Part shown: piece after piece, positions 37,986 through 51,664 of the stretch
How positions within the stretch are numbered: position 1 is the first letter of the stretch
Layout of the letters: every line of letters begins with the position of its first letter
Assembly (NCBI RefSeq): GCF_963921235.1
Contig: NC_086108.1
Location: 71,922,001-71,986,000, forward strand
Length of the DNA: 64,000 nucleotides
Source of the DNA: Mobula hypostoma
Lineage: Eukaryota
Direction: 5' to 3'
Notes under the pieces: generated by a model
The model's database searches: none
What the model was told of the DNA's origin: nothing
Seen by the model: the letters and a program-made list of their open reading frames with translations, nothing else
Program-made: the position numbers and the translations under genes

Positions 37986-39319
37986 TTGTAAACGAAACAA
38001 TGTCTCTCACAGTATCTGGAGCTACATGGAAACATAATGGGAAACAGTGATCTGGAAGCACTACAATGTGGAATAATTGCACTGAATTTCAGTTCAAATA
38101 GACTTTAATATCACATTTGTCCTTCACTGGCAGGCATGATGGAAAATACTATTTGGCTGCCTCAAGAGATGGCCTATCCTGTAGTTACTGATTTAATTAT
38201 CCTAAGCCATTTGGAATTACTTGAGAACGTAACTACTTGGCAACTTATCACCAATTATAATGTAAACCAAACTATATGCTTGAAATTTACAGAGAACAGG
38301 TATCTGAAAGGAAAAGTCAGTCTTCTATTAATCATTTTAAAAAAGTCTATTTTGTATGCAGGGTGCCGTTTAATATAGATATTGGTTAGCTGAAAAAATC
38401 ATTTCCAGAGCAATTTTCTGGAATCTGTGGCTGCCAAATTGATTTGAGATTAGTTTTAGCAAATTTGTGTTCTGAGTTGCATCATTGGTTGTTAAAAGTA
38501 TGCAGATTACGAAGGTTATAGTGCCAATCAGTTGAACATCACTATATTCTATGGTTGGTGGGCACAATTTTCTATCTTCTCAGAATTTGACCCAGTCTAC
38601 ACTATTTCAGCAGCAAGATGGATCTGCCAGAAATTTTATTCAAACCAACTGCTGCTTGGGTTATTGCTGACTGATTCTACGTGTTTTAATTCGGCATATG
38701 CACAATGCTTCCAGAGTTCTTTAATGAAGTGAAAGATTTTAGTCCAGCTTCAAATTTTCTTTGAACATATATAGTTTCCACCTATGGGTACATTAGTACA
38801 TATTAATGCACGGCTAAGAAAGTGAACAGAGGGCATGTGGAACCAGAAAGGGTCCTTGGAGCCTGTAAACATATACCACCTGGATCAAGGACAGCTTCAG
38901 TCCATCGATTTAAAAATTTTTGAACACTTCCCTGGAATGGAAGGATATCTTGTCCTCACATTGTGACTCGGCACCTTACACCTATCTGCACTGCACTTGC
39001 CTTTATTCTGCACTCTGTTACTATTTTACTTTGCACTATCTCAATGCACCGTTATAATGAATTGATCTGTATAGATGGTATGCAAGACAAGTTTTACAAC
39101 GTGGCTCCATGAATGTGACAATAATCTGATTTAATTTATCAATTTTTCAGAAAGAAGTGCTCTTAGGAGGTCATATTAAGGATATATCCACCCAGGAGGT
39201 TGCAAGATCTTTATTATGTTGTATGCTGCACAAGCTGAGAGCTTACTTAAAGGGCAGTCAAGTGTGGAATTTGAAGATCTCTGACTGGATGAGAAAATGT
39301 AGCAGGAGGACCAGGGGTA

Positions 39320-39810
39320 GAACATAGACCTCTGCACAGTACAGTACAAGCCCTTTGTTGTGCTAACTATTTAAACTACTCTACGATCAACCTAACCCTT
39401 CCCTTCTGCATAGACCTACATTCTTCTATTATCTATATGTCTATCTAAGAGGTTCTTAAGTGCCCCTTAGGTATGTTCATCTACCACCACTCCTAGCAGG
39501 GCCCTACTCGCACCCATCACCTTCTCTGTAAAGAACTTTCCTCTAATATTCCCCCTTATACTTCCTTTCAAACATCTTTAAATTATGCCCCCTTGTCGTT
39601 GCCATTTCTGCCCTGTGAAAGTACCTCTGACTATCTACTCTATCTGTGCCTCTTATCATCTTGTACACTTCTATCTCCTCTCATCCTCCTTCTCTCCAAA
39701 GAGAAAAGCCCTAACTTGCTCAAAATGTCTTCATAAGACATCCCCCCCTGGTCCAGGGAGTTTCCTAGTAAATATCTGCACCCTCATTAAAACTTCCACA
39801 TCCTTTCTAT
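39320..39810 (-). mobile_element. Old CR1 3' end
   Basis: YRKDVEVL.RVQ.FTR.LPG on -; CR1-type tail. Confidence 0.7.
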
Positions 39811-39814
39811 AAGC

Positions 39815-40260
39815 CCTCCATTGGTAGGGGTCAACCATGGATGTCGCATCCTGGCTGCCTACACAAGCCAGGGCAGTACTATAGGGAGAGCACGTTGTTG
39901 CCCATGCAGCAGGCTCCTCCTCTCCACACAGATGATGGATTGAAAGGAATAGCAGAGACCGATACAGTTTGGCACCAATGGCATTGCAGGAGTTGCCAGT
40001 CAGCATTGAACTCAACGTAAGACGACCTTAGGGACTCCAGCTCTTGGTTCTTCCTCGGGGTTCATTTATGAAACTTTCCCATGAGTAAGTTTGGACACAA
40101 GGCAGCAAAGGTTTCCTTCTCCTAGATGAGCTGCCAATTATGACTGATGAACCCCAGCTGCCTGGTGCCTCTGGTGTTAATGCACCAGTAACCCTCCTTT
40201 GCTTCTTCTCCTTTCAGTAAAAAGGGCTCCCCCAGGCTTAGTAGCTAGGCACATGGGTAG
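39815..40260 (-). mobile_element. RTE-clade LINE 5' UTR segment
   Basis: CCTTCTCCTAGATGAGCTGCC and GACCTTAGGGACTCCAG motifs typical of RTE 5' regions; family assignment from recall. Confidence 0.45.
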
Positions 40261-40769
40261 AACTATCAACAGGGCAGAAGAACCTTGTGCAGGAAGATAC
40301 AGGAGCCAGAGAAGCAGGGACAGTAGCTCCAGAGCCAAGAGGACCAGGGTATGAACAGCAGGTTTATGAGTGGTAGGGCACAAAAAGCATGACATGGACA
40401 GGAGGCCCTGGGACTGTGTGAGTCAGGCAGGAGGATGTTCTGGGATCAGGTGGCTGAGGCATGATTAGAGTAAAGTAAGCTGGGGAAGGATAAGAAGAGG
40501 GGCTTGGGCTGAGAAAACAGAACGGGTTACAGGATAAGTGGGGATGGAGCTGGAGGTTTCAAGAGGAGGTAGGAGGGGACATATGGGGTGGATCTACTGG
40601 TGCAGGAGAAACTGGTTAGGAGGTGTTGGGCAGGAGGGATGAGGAGGAGGCTCTGGGATGGGGCAAAACCACAATCCACTGTTTCTGCACATTTCTTTTG
40701 CTTGATGAATCCACTCCATCCAACAAAAGGACAGTTAATACCCATTTCCATCATTCTTCTATCAAAAAA

Positions 40770-42600
40770 GATACAAATTGCATCTTGAATATGGACCAGA
40801 TAGACTACACTCCAGGTTTCTGGAAGAGTGTCCCCTTCCAATCATCTTTCATGCTCCACTTTCATGCTTCTATAATTCCCTTCACTCCACTGTAATACTG
40901 ATACATCTGACTTTAGCTTCTCCCTCTCAAATTGCAGTGTGAAGTCTATCATATTATAAGCACCGTCTCCTAAGGGTTCCTTTAGCTTAAGTTCCCTAAT
41001 CGAATCTACTTCATTACAAAACACTTAATCCAGAATAGCCTTCCACTTAGTTGACTCAATCACAAGCTGCTCTAAAAAGCCATCTCAAGGGTATTTTACA
41101 AGATCTCTCTCTTGGGATCCAGTACAAACCTGATTTTCCCAATCTACCTGCATATTGAAATCCTCCATGACTATCATAGCGTTGCCCTTTTGACATGTTT
41201 TTTCTGCCTACCGTTGTAATTTGTAGTCCACATCCTGGTTAGTGTTCAGAGGCTTGTACATAGCTCCCATCAGGGTCATTTTATCCTTGCAGTTTCTTAA
41301 CTCTACCCAAAAGGAGTCTACATCTTCCAATCCTATGTCACCTTTGTCAAAGGGTTTGATTTCATTTTTACCAACAGAGCCACTGGTGTGTGGCACAGGC
41401 AGCAATCCAGAAATTACTATGCTGGAGGTCCTGCTTTTCGGCTTTCTAGCTAACTCCCTAAATTCTCTGTTCAGGGCCTCCTCCCTTTTCCTACTTATGT
41501 AATTGATGCCAATATGTACCAAGACATCTGGCTGCTCACCCTCCCCCTTTAGAGATTTCCCTGATCCTGGCACCTGGGAGGCAACTACCCATCTGGGCGG
41601 CTCTTTCATGTCCATAGAATCTTGTGCCTACTCCTCTAACTATGAAATCCTCTATCACTACTGCAGTCATCTTCTTTCCCCTCCCCTTTCCCATCTGAGC
41701 CACATTGTCAGATTCAGTGCCAGAGACCTGGTCATTGCAGGTCCCCCCGGTGGGTTTTTCCCTTCAACAGCATCCATAGCAGTATTATTGAGGGGAACAG
41801 CCACAGGGGTGCCCTGCATTGGCTGCCCATTTCTTTTCCCACTGACAGTAACCAAACTACCTGCCTCCTGCAACTTTGGAGTGATCACTTCCCTGTAGCA
41901 ACTATCTGTCACCTCCTCAGTTTTCTGTGTGGAGCTGAAGGTCATTGAGCTGTAGCTCCAGTTCCTTAACACTTTCTCTGAGGAGCTGCAGCTCGGTTCA
42001 CCTCATGTAGATGTGGTTACCCCGGAGGCCGGCAATCTCCCGGAACTCCACACTTACAGAAAGAACACAGTGCCTGGAGCCATTTTCACTGCACTAACTG
42101 ATGAAGAATGCAGCAGGAAAAAACTTACCAGAAATGTACCTCGCCGAAGCCTGCCCACTCTAACACTGGCCCACTCACACAATGGTTGCTCCAACAATGG
42201 CTGCTCTGCTTGTCCCTACCTAATTTTTATTTGCGCTTGTTAATGAATCATGATTTGATTGGGCCACCGAAAAAGCTGAAAATGCAAGAAAGCTCCTTTT
42301 TAAATCCCTCGCCCCAACTTTCAACTTTTGATTGGGCAGCTGGAAAAAGCCAAAAACCCAGAAACACTCCATTTTAAATCTCTCTATTGCCCTGACCAGT
42401 GTGTAGCCTCGTCTCTTAATTCTGCTGGAATGCTGGTCAAAGCCAAAAGCCCGTGGCTACTCTTTATTAAATCTCTCATCCTGACTCTGTGTAGCCTCTT
42501 CTCTTGATTTGATTGGGCCACCAGAAAAAAAGAAGACAGTTCCAAAAAAAAGGCACTGAGCCAAGAAGACAGATCCAAAAAAGGCAATATGTTTTATTTT
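40770..42600 (-). mobile_element. CR1 5' half with internal deletion (5' UTR, ORF1, endonuclease)
   Basis: VLVHIGIN..SGLLPVP joined to SFWVELRNCK..YKPLN; EEVTDSCYREVITP; repeated 5' UTR. Confidence 0.8.
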
Positions 42601-44154
42601 TCCATTTGTTCCTCCAGAAAGAGCTCATGGAATTGGTGTTCTGCACTAATTCAGAACATGAAATCCTCTTGTGATAGCTCCCAGGCATTCATCTGCCAGG
42701 TTTCCACATTTTGTTCCTTCCTGTTTGCCAGCTGCCTCTACCTGCTAAATCCAGAGAAGAAACATTGCAAGCAAGTCTTTGGAAGGGAAAAATTCCAGGC
42801 CTAGTGCTGTGGAGTTAGAAATAACCTACTTCCCACCTCAGTTGTCCCTCAGTCTGAATTAAACTCATCCCTCAATACACCACAACCTACTCATATTCTT
42901 TGGTCCATATATGTGGACAAGGAAGCTACAACTCAAAACTTCCAAACTGTAGCCCACTTCTGTTTAAAAGAAAAGTATGATACAATTTGAAAGTTTTACA
43001 AATATTTTGAAACAAATATTCAGTCATTAATGAGCTATATTATTGAAAGTCATATTATAAATTCTAGACATTGCATTGTCCTGGTTTATAAATCCATCCT
43101 CTATACTTCAAGGGCACAATCAACATCCAAAGTGATATAGTTATTATGTTGAGATTTTATGGCTCTTTATAATTACAGAAAGACATTTTCATTTGTAGAA
43201 ATATCCTCTTATCGGTAGACAGAAAAATCCTCTTATCTGGTATCCACACGAGTGGAATTAGCAGTATCAAGAGAATGTTGTCAGCAGAATGTAGCCTACT
43301 TAAAATGGATTTTGATATCCTGCTTTTCTTCCAGGATTGAAAGTACTCAGAATATTTCTGAAGTAATGGTGAGTTTGAGGCATTGACGCATTTGCATGTC
43401 CAAAAATGACATGTTCGAATTCACAGCAAGTTTGCTCCAAGCTCAAATCCTCCTCTTTTTAAACAGACTAATTTCCTGCTAAGAAGAAGCTGTTACATTT
43501 ATTCTTTGACACTTCCAAACTATGTTTGTGAGGGTGCATGAATTCCAAGTCAAAGTCCACAGCCAATGCAGGACTGAGCCCAAGCTTCTATAGAGATAAC
43601 TCGGTTGAAAGTTCATTGAGAGCAGCAATATTCTGAAAATTATTGAGTGGTCATACCATTTTATGATCTCTCCTTCACCTTCTTTTGCAAACGTCTTTAT
43701 AAAATGGACACTGAACTGCATTCTATTACACATGTGTTATTTCTATGAATTCTAAATAGATGGGCAGCTCCACAGACAGAGTCAATTACAAGTACCAGGA
43801 GCTCAATGCAAATTCAAACCTGTTTCGTTTTGGCATTAATGCTCCAATGCTATGTCATTGCTGTGGCATAGCCAACATTACATGATCATTAACATTATGA
43901 GATAAGTTCATCTAAGAGGACTATCTATAGATGTAATACCTACCTCCTGCACTTCCATCCATGTCCTCTTTCTCACGTTTCTCTTCTCTTCACTTCTCTG
44001 ATGGCTTTTTCTGATATCTGCACCCTCCTTTTCCCTTTTCCTTGTCCAACCAAATCACCACCACTCCTCCCAATTCCCTTTTCCCTTTTGTCCTTCTCAG
44101 TGTTTTCCTTTATCCAGCTCCCACTCCCTCCAGCAATAACAATGACATCAGCAG

Positions 44155-45420
44155 CCAGAACACTGGAAGGATTCTCGGTGAGTCAGTCAGCATCTGTGGA
44201 GCCCAAAGGGGTAAGTTGGAATTTCAAGCTGAAAATATATTAGATGGAGAGGGAGGAGGAAAAATTGGCAGTGTATTGGAGTATATAGTGGGATGGATCA
44301 GAGAGTCTGATGGGTAATCGATTAAATCCACTGGAAAGGAGGTGTCAGGCAGATAGAACCAAGTGGGAGAAGGAACAAAGGGAGAAGAAAACTTTTCTTG
44401 TTAAATCTTTTTATTTATTTTTCCAGAAGTTATAAACAAAATAACAATGTTGATACAAAGAGATTGGAATTATCTTATTGTTAGTAAACATATACAGAAA
44501 AGATTTCAGCTAACACAGGTATAATAGACTTGCAAACTCATGATGTAATTAATCATAGAGAAAAAAGAAATAAAAAGAAAAAAATACAAAGAAAACCCCC
44601 TAAAAAAACAAAGAACTAAATACTAAACCCAAAAAAACAAACGGAACAAAACAAGGCTAGCCCAATATCTTAAATTGAACATGTTCAGTAATGTCGCCAA
44701 CTCCGCTCCTCTATTCATATATTTTAAGTTAATAAGAAGGATTCGGAAAGGCCAAATTACATCATATGACAATATTGAATAAATGGTTTCCAAGTCTCTT
44801 CAAATTTAACCGAAAGATCAAAAATATCACTTCTAATTTTTTCTAAATTTAAACATAATATAGTTTGGGAAAACCATTGGAATGTAGTAGGAGGATTGGT
44901 CTCCTTCCAGTTCAATAAAATAGATCTTCTGGCCATTAAAGTAACAAATGCAATCATCCGACAGGCTGAAGAAGATAAAGATCTGGGAGAAGGAAACTAA
45001 GTGAATGGTTAAGTGTGTGCAAGAACACTGAGGGTGTGGGTTACCTGAACCAAATAATTCAATGGTCATACCATTAGGCTGCAAGCTACCCAAGCAGAAT
45101 ACAAGATGTAGTTCTTCCAGATTGCACTTGGCCTCTCCATATTAATGGAGAAGGCCAGTGACTGGTGGGAGAGTTAAAACCACGTGCAACTTGAAGTTCA
45201 AGATATTGTGTACCGAGCACAGGTATTCCACCTCATCTACACTTGGTCTCACTGATGCAGAGGAGGCCATATTGCAACCACCAATTGCAATAGGTAAGTT
45301 TCGAGGAGGTGCATGTGAATCTCTGCCTCAGCTCGATGGTCTGCTTAGATCTCCTGATAGTGCTGAGGAAGGAGAAGAAGGAACAAATGTTACATCTCCT
45401 AAAGATGCAAGGGAAGGTCA
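44155..45420 (-). mobile_element. Penelope-like element 3' part (GIY-YIG endonuclease)
   Basis: RQRFTCTSSKLTYC..YGLLCISETKCR; LEELHLVFCLGSLQPNGMTIE; PLE terminus at 44155-44240. Confidence 0.75.
44394..44984 (-). mobile_element. L1-clade LINE 3' end with 14-bp TSD
   Basis: ARRSILLNWK..PPT..WF..L.LEKI..KF..TWKPF; AATAAA and A-rich tail on -; TSD GGGAGAAG(A/G)AAACT at 44380-44393 and 44985-44998. Confidence 0.85.
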
Positions 45421-45755
45421 AGGCACAGTCACTCTCAGTTTCCTAGCTTCAGTATAATTCTGAGAAAGATATTTACCAATGTATTTCACCAGAACAGTAC
45501 AGTGCTAATTGTTAGTTTTACTGCACCCCGCCCCCTGCTTCAGCAGCCTAGGTTTGAAACTGTCGATGTAGAGGAGGAGAAAGTTAATAGATACTGCACA
45601 GATCAAGGGAAGATATTGTTTATTACTTCCAGTGTGTTTTTTTAGTTTTGCTATAGGATTTTGGGGGAAAATGTAAGTCTTCACTATCGTGAACTAAGCT
45701 AGGCTTTTCTCATATTTCCACGCAACATAAAAGGAAGCCACCTGGCCTCTCAAAT

Positions 45756-45868
45756 CATTCCCATCAGTCCCATTTCCCTATTAATAAACTGAGACATTCC
45801 CATCAGTCCCACTTCCCCGTTAATAAACGGAGACATTCCCATCAGTCCCATTTCCCCATTAAGAAACT
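45756..45868. repeat. 39-bp minisatellite, ~2.9 copies
   Basis: Unit CATTCCCATCAGTCCCATTTCCCTATTAATAAACTGAGA at 45756, 45795, 45834. Confidence 0.9.
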
Positions 45869-46229
45869 CTTCTTGCTTGCATACCATTCAACACCACCTT
45901 TAAATCTTGCCAACCACCTACAACAGGGATAGCTTATAATAACCTATGAACCCATCCAGGGAAATCTATGCAGTCACAGGTGGAACATGCAAACGCCACA
46001 CAGGCAGCACCTTGACCCCTGTCAAACATACAGACATGAATTAACGCAGCTCGTGAAAGCTACACGTCTGTGCCTATCGCCTGGTATCCTCCATGGCACT
46101 GAACAGTTTTGATCAAGAAAACAAACTGAAATTTCATATTGAAGTGCAGCCTTTTTTTGGTACAGTTACACAAATACATTGAGCCCTGGCAGACACACGA
46201 AGATTACCAAGAGAGTTATAATTTTCAAC

Positions 46230-46535
46230 ATTTTGGACAGCCAGCGCCTTTTCCCCAGGGTGGCAATGGTCAATACCAGAGGAGAGTAGTTTAAGGTGAG
46301 TGGAGGAAAGAGGTTTTTTGTACAGAGATGGTAGGTGTCTGGAGTGCACTGCAGGAATGGTGATATGGTCTGATAGAATAGAAACATTTAAGAGACTTTC
46401 GGATAGGCACATGGATTTAGGAGGGAAGGGTTAGATTGATTGTGGAATATGTTCATATAGAATGGCACAATATTGTGGGCCAAAGGACATAATACATTTG
46501 CTGTACAGTTGTATGTTCTATGTACTGTACTATGT
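46230..46535 (+). mobile_element. CR1 3' end fragment
   Basis: CTTTTCCCCAGGG..TTTAAGGTG..GGCACAATATTGTGGGCC..TGTTCTATGT. Confidence 0.7.
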
Positions 46536-47518
46536 ATCTGCATCTTTTTCTCCTGGAAAATGTATAATCTGGCTAAAAATATCTAACATTTCAAAATTAT
46601 GTATTAATATTGCGCAGAACTTTTAGATTAGATTATGAGAACACCCAGTCCTCTTTTATTGTCATTTAGAAATGCATAGATGCATTAAGAAATGATACAA
46701 CCTTTTTGAGGACTTTAGCTTTAAATCCTGTATGGAAGGCAAAGTTAAGATAAACTTTAAGGTTATTTTCACTTTCATTTTGACAACGTGAAGTGCTGAG
46801 TAATTGAAGTAATCCTAACAGGTTCAACACTATTCCAATGCCATCATATAAGTTCTGAGTGGATTTCTGCACGTTTGCAGTTCTTCCTGCTCTTGTCTCA
46901 ATGCATATTATGTAGAACCCTGTTTGACTCTAAGCTAAGACTGCCAGTGAACTTTACACCTGATCAAAATGACATGCAAAACTAGCAAATCTAAAATTAG
47001 CTTTAAGCAATTGAGTTTGCAATAAAGTTGGTGAATTTGTGATGTTCTATTGTGAAGGTTAACTGGAAAGGAACAGATGAGCAGGGCACAATATATTATT
47101 GTATAAGATTATTTTTATTTGACATCAATATTGGCAAATAGCCCTATCAAATCAACTACCAAATATAAATTGCTTGAGAAACTCAGTGAGTCAAGCAGCA
47201 TCTGTGAGCACAGGGATCATTGATGTTCCTTGCCGGGACATCCATCAGGACTGAGAGTGTAGAAGGAGGGACACTCAACATAAAGAGGTGAAGGGGAGGG
47301 GTGAGGTAACATCTAGCGGAATATAGGTGGACCCAGGTGAGAAGAGGATAATTGACAGATATAGCCAGATGTGGAAAGGGAAGGGGTAGAATTGGAAGTC
47401 AGTGGCTGATGGATGATAGGTAGAGAGAAGGAGAGGGAGAAGTAAAAGGGGGCAGATAGATCATGATAAGGGGAGGGAAGGATGGAGATGGAGACAGAGC
47501 TGGAAGGTGATAAGTGGT

Positions 47519-49369
47519 TAATTACAAGCGAAGTGGAGATTCCAGACTTGACTGGAATCAATGAGGGATGCTCGACAGCTATGGCAAGGTTTGAATGCAA
47601 TAACCTCCTACAAAATTAAATCTAGTGACATAGGGGACAGCAGAGCTTTGCTTCCAGGAGATCTCAATGCCTTCTATGTTTGCTTTGACCACCCGATCAG
47701 GGAGGAACCATCACGTATCCCCATGTCTCCCGATGATCCTTTGGTCTCAATATCTGAAAATGACATGCGGACTGTCTTCAAGAAAACGAATCCTAGGAAA
47801 ATATCCAGTCTGGACGGCGAACTTGGCCAAGAGCCAAAAACCTGTCTGACCATCTGGCTGGTGTGTTCACAGATATCTTCAACCTCTCACTGTAGCAGTG
47901 TGTGGTGCCCACCTGCTTCAAGCAGGCTTCAATCAAAACGGTGCCCAAGAAGAGTGTGGTAACCTGCGCAATGACTTTTGCCCAGTGGCACTTGCATCCA
48001 CAGTGGTGTTTTAAGAGGCTGGTGTTGAAACATATCGGCTTCTGGCTGAGTGGCGACTTGGGTCCATTCCAATTTGCCTACTGAAGAAACAGGTCTACAA
48101 TGGATGCCATCTCATTGGCTCTTCACACAACCCTGGAACAGCTGGATGGCAAAGATGTTTACATCGGGATGCACTTTATTGATTACAACTCAGCATTTAA
48201 TATCATCATCCCCTCAAAACCAATCAGTAGAGTCCTAGACCTGGGCCTCAATAGCCCCTTGTGCAACTGGATCCTGGATTTCCTCACTTGTAGACCCCAG
48301 GCAGTTCAGATTGGGGGAAAAAAAATCTCTTCCACTATCTCCACCAGCAAAGGAGCACCACAGGGAAGTGTGCTTAGCCCCCTGCTCTACTCACTTTACA
48401 CCTATGACTGTGTGGCTAAGTACAACTCCAACACCACATATAAGTTTGCTGATGACACCGCGGTTGTGGGCTGTGTCGGGATGGTGATGAATCAGCATAC
48501 AGGAGGGAGACTTAAAATTTGGCTGAGTGATGTAACAACAACAACCTCTTACTCAATGTCAACAAGACCAAGGAACTGTTTGTAGACTTCAGGGGAGGGA
48601 AACCAGAGTTCCATGAGCCAGTACTCATTGGAGAATCAGATGTGAGATTGTCAGTAGCTTTAAATTTCTGGGTGTCACAATCTCAGAAGACCTGTCCTGG
48701 ACCCATCATATAAATGTAATTATGAAGAAAGCACAACAGCACCTCTACTTTCTCTGGAGTCTGTGGAGATTCAGCATGTCATCAAAAACCTTGGCAAACT
48801 TCTATAGATGTGTGGTGGAAAGTGTGCTGACTGGCTGCATTACAGCCTGGTAATGGGACACCAATGCTTTTGAGCGGAAAATCCTACAAAAGGTAGTGGA
48901 TTCATGGGTAAAGCCTTCCCAGCCACTGAGCACATCTACATGAAACCTTGCCATAGAGAAGCAGCATCCATCATCAAAGATCCTCAGTACCCAGGGTCTT
49001 TTCTCACTGCTGCCATCAGGTAAAAGATACAAGTGCCTCAGGGCTCACACCACCAGGTTCAAGAACAGTTACTACCCCTCAACCGTCAGACTCTCGAGCA
49101 AAAAGGGATAACAGCATGCATTCTATTTCTGGTGATCCCACAACAGATGGTCTCACTTTAACAGCTCTTTATCTTGGTATTTCATGCTCTTGTTATTTAT
49201 TGCTTTTTATTTATATATACACAGTTTGTTGCTTATTGATCCTTTTTACAATTACTGTTCTATGATTTGCTAAGTATGCCTGCCGGAAAAAGAATCTCAG
49301 GGTTGTATGTAGTGACAAGTATGTACTCTGATAATGCATTTTACTCTGAACTTTGAATTTTGAACTTTG
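47519..49369 (+). mobile_element. Rex1/Babar-type LINE, RT to 3' tail, inserted in PLE-derived sequence
   Basis: [36 protein letters not shown]; tail (TTTGAAC)n; AAGTGGT at 47512-47518 and 49370-49376. Confidence 0.88.
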
Positions 49370-50289
49370 AAGTGGTGACACTGGAGGCTGAGATGCTAAG
49401 CAGCACACAAAATGCTGATCTCAGCAGATCAGGCAGCATCTATGGAGGGGAATTAGCAGTTAACGATTCGGGCCTTGTCTGGAGCTTTGAGCATCAGGAC
49501 TGGAATGGAAAAAGGAAGAAGCCAAAGGTAGGTGGGGGGAGTAGAAGGAGCACAATCTGGCAGGTGATAACTGTTAAGTTATGAAGGTGATGAGTGGATG
49601 TATGATGGGCAATTGGAAGCAGGTGAAGAGGAAATGGGAAACCCAGTTGGTTAAGTGAGTGGGTGATTGCTCAAAGCTTTCTTGGGAGAAAAAAGTATCA
49701 TTGGTTTGTGAGAAACCCAGCCCATATCAGCTAAAAATAGAAAAGAAATACACAACTAAGTACTCTACAACAGGAACAAGTCCAAGCAAAATCAGCAGAA
49801 GTCATGCTGAGCCTCTCAAACCATGAACACACCCATCCAGTGTTGTCAAGTGTCTCCTTCTCTATGGCCTCAGCAGCTGCTGTGTTCGATATTGAGGGCT
49901 AGTGCAGAGCACACCAGGACACCAGCATGCAGGATACTCAACTAAACTTTATTGATAACTGAGTGGAATAGGAATAACACTTTTCACCAAAGTAGCCACC
50001 TCTGAACCCACACAAATAGATTGGAAGCAAGTCATCCTTAACCTGAGGGACAGTCTAAAATTATCACTGACATGCCTTTCCTCAATGTTTGCTTGGGTGA
50101 TTCTAAGTCCACTTGAGCACAAAGGAGACAAGTTTATGCCCAATTGAAACTGGTTTTCTGAAATTTATTAAGATCCACCTCTGAGTTTCTGCTTCAGTTC
50201 ATTGCCAAGAAATTTGTGCACCACAAAAACATAAGAGATTAGAAACTTGTATAAGACTAGGAACTGATTAGGTAGGTTTTAAAAACAAT

Positions 50290-51195
50290 GGATTGTAGTT
50301 AATTGGGGCACATCAGGTCCAGTACATTTTGACTTAATTAAGCAGCTGCCCCAAATAGCTGAAATTTCATTGAAATATTAAAAACATAAACTAGTATTTC
50401 ACTGAGTAACCAATTATATATTTAAATGTAATACAGAACAAATTAAAACACTACCAGTACTACTACACTACTATAAAACTGTGTATTTGTTCCTAATAGT
50501 TATCAATGGAGGAATTCATTCGGTATATACAGTCTTTTGATTGACTGTATATGAACAAAATCAGCGCAAACACCCAGTGCAGATAATGGCCTGCCTTCAT
50601 ACAATACTTTCAACGATTACATCCTCCAAATCTTCATTTTCTTTGTAATATGTAAGATGATTGTTGATACCTTCAAATTCTTCATAGTCCCTAACTTGTT
50701 GACGTAGTGAAACTTCATTTTCACTCCCTGCTATTTCTGGCATCTCTAAGCCTGAATGCTTGGAACTGCAGTGAGCAAAACAGTTCTGAATTGTCCTTCT
50801 GCTTCCTTCTCGCCAACTATCAGTGACAAAATTTACTGCCTTTTGAACACAAATACAAGCAAATGATTCAATTTTAAGAACTGTTGATTCTAAACATGGT
50901 CTAATGATCACACAAGTGCAAGCCACTGACGCTAGTTAGAAACTGCTTGGCAGCAGATGCCTGTCCCAATTAAGCAGCATGGTGTCCCAAATAAACGAAG
51001 AGAATGCTAAAACAAACAAGAGAAAATCTGCAGATGCTGGTAATCCAAGCAACACAACCAAAATGCTGGAAGAAATCAGCAGGCCAGGCAGCATCTATGG
51101 AAAAAAAAGTACAGTTGATGTTTTGGGTCAGGAGCCTTCGGCAGGACTGATGCGAGATTCTCTTTAAGAGTTGTCCTAAATAAGTGGATGCCACT
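50290..51195 (-). mobile_element. pogo/Tigger-like transposon derivative, with a PLE terminus nested at 51010-51150
   Basis: KAVNFVTDSWREGSRRTIQNCFAHC resembles the DDE_1 C-terminal motif; repeated subterminal CCCAATTAA/CCCAAATAA motifs. Confidence 0.6.
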
Positions 51196-51664
51196 GAAAG
51201 TGCCCTTCACCTTTCACAGTGATTGCCAAAATCTTCTTGAGTTCAAGCATGAGGAGGTATTCAAAGGATATCAATATTCAAAGAATATTCAATATTCCCT
51301 TTTGTCAAAAGGGAATAAAGCTGTAGCAACTTTAAAGAATAGACTGCGACTTTTGCAAAGCATTTGAATGATTGATTAATTTCACAAATATTAATTTCTT
51401 AGGGACAGCTATCACTGGGAGAGATAAAATGGAATTTTTGCACTGAAGTTTTTTTACTCAAATACTGTATATTTTTTCTTTAATTAGTTTTAGTGGACTT
51501 GGTAGTAATGGAGAACAAAATTAAATCATCAGTAAAGATAGCTGCTGATAATCATTGAAAGTTTTATCCATAACATGATTAAAGCAGATGAGAGAGAGAG
51601 AGAGTGAATCTACCCTGCGTCATTGATACCTTTTTGAACATTAGTCCTAAATTTGCGTTTTGCT

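Noticed and set aside
38012..38105. LRR-like peptide YLELHGNIMGNSDLEAL
   Set aside because: Single short match, stop soon after, no donor site or partner exons
39815..40260. HDV-like or twister ribozyme in the RTE 5' region
   Set aside because: Known for some RTE elements, but I could not build a convincing fold by eye; needs a covariance-model search
40250..40680. Coding region in purine-rich stretch
   Set aside because: Low-complexity GA-rich sequence; ORFs have no recognisable features
45756..45868. CRISPR-like array
   Set aside because: 39-bp units are directly adjacent with no unique spacers, no cas genes, eukaryotic context; it is a minisatellite
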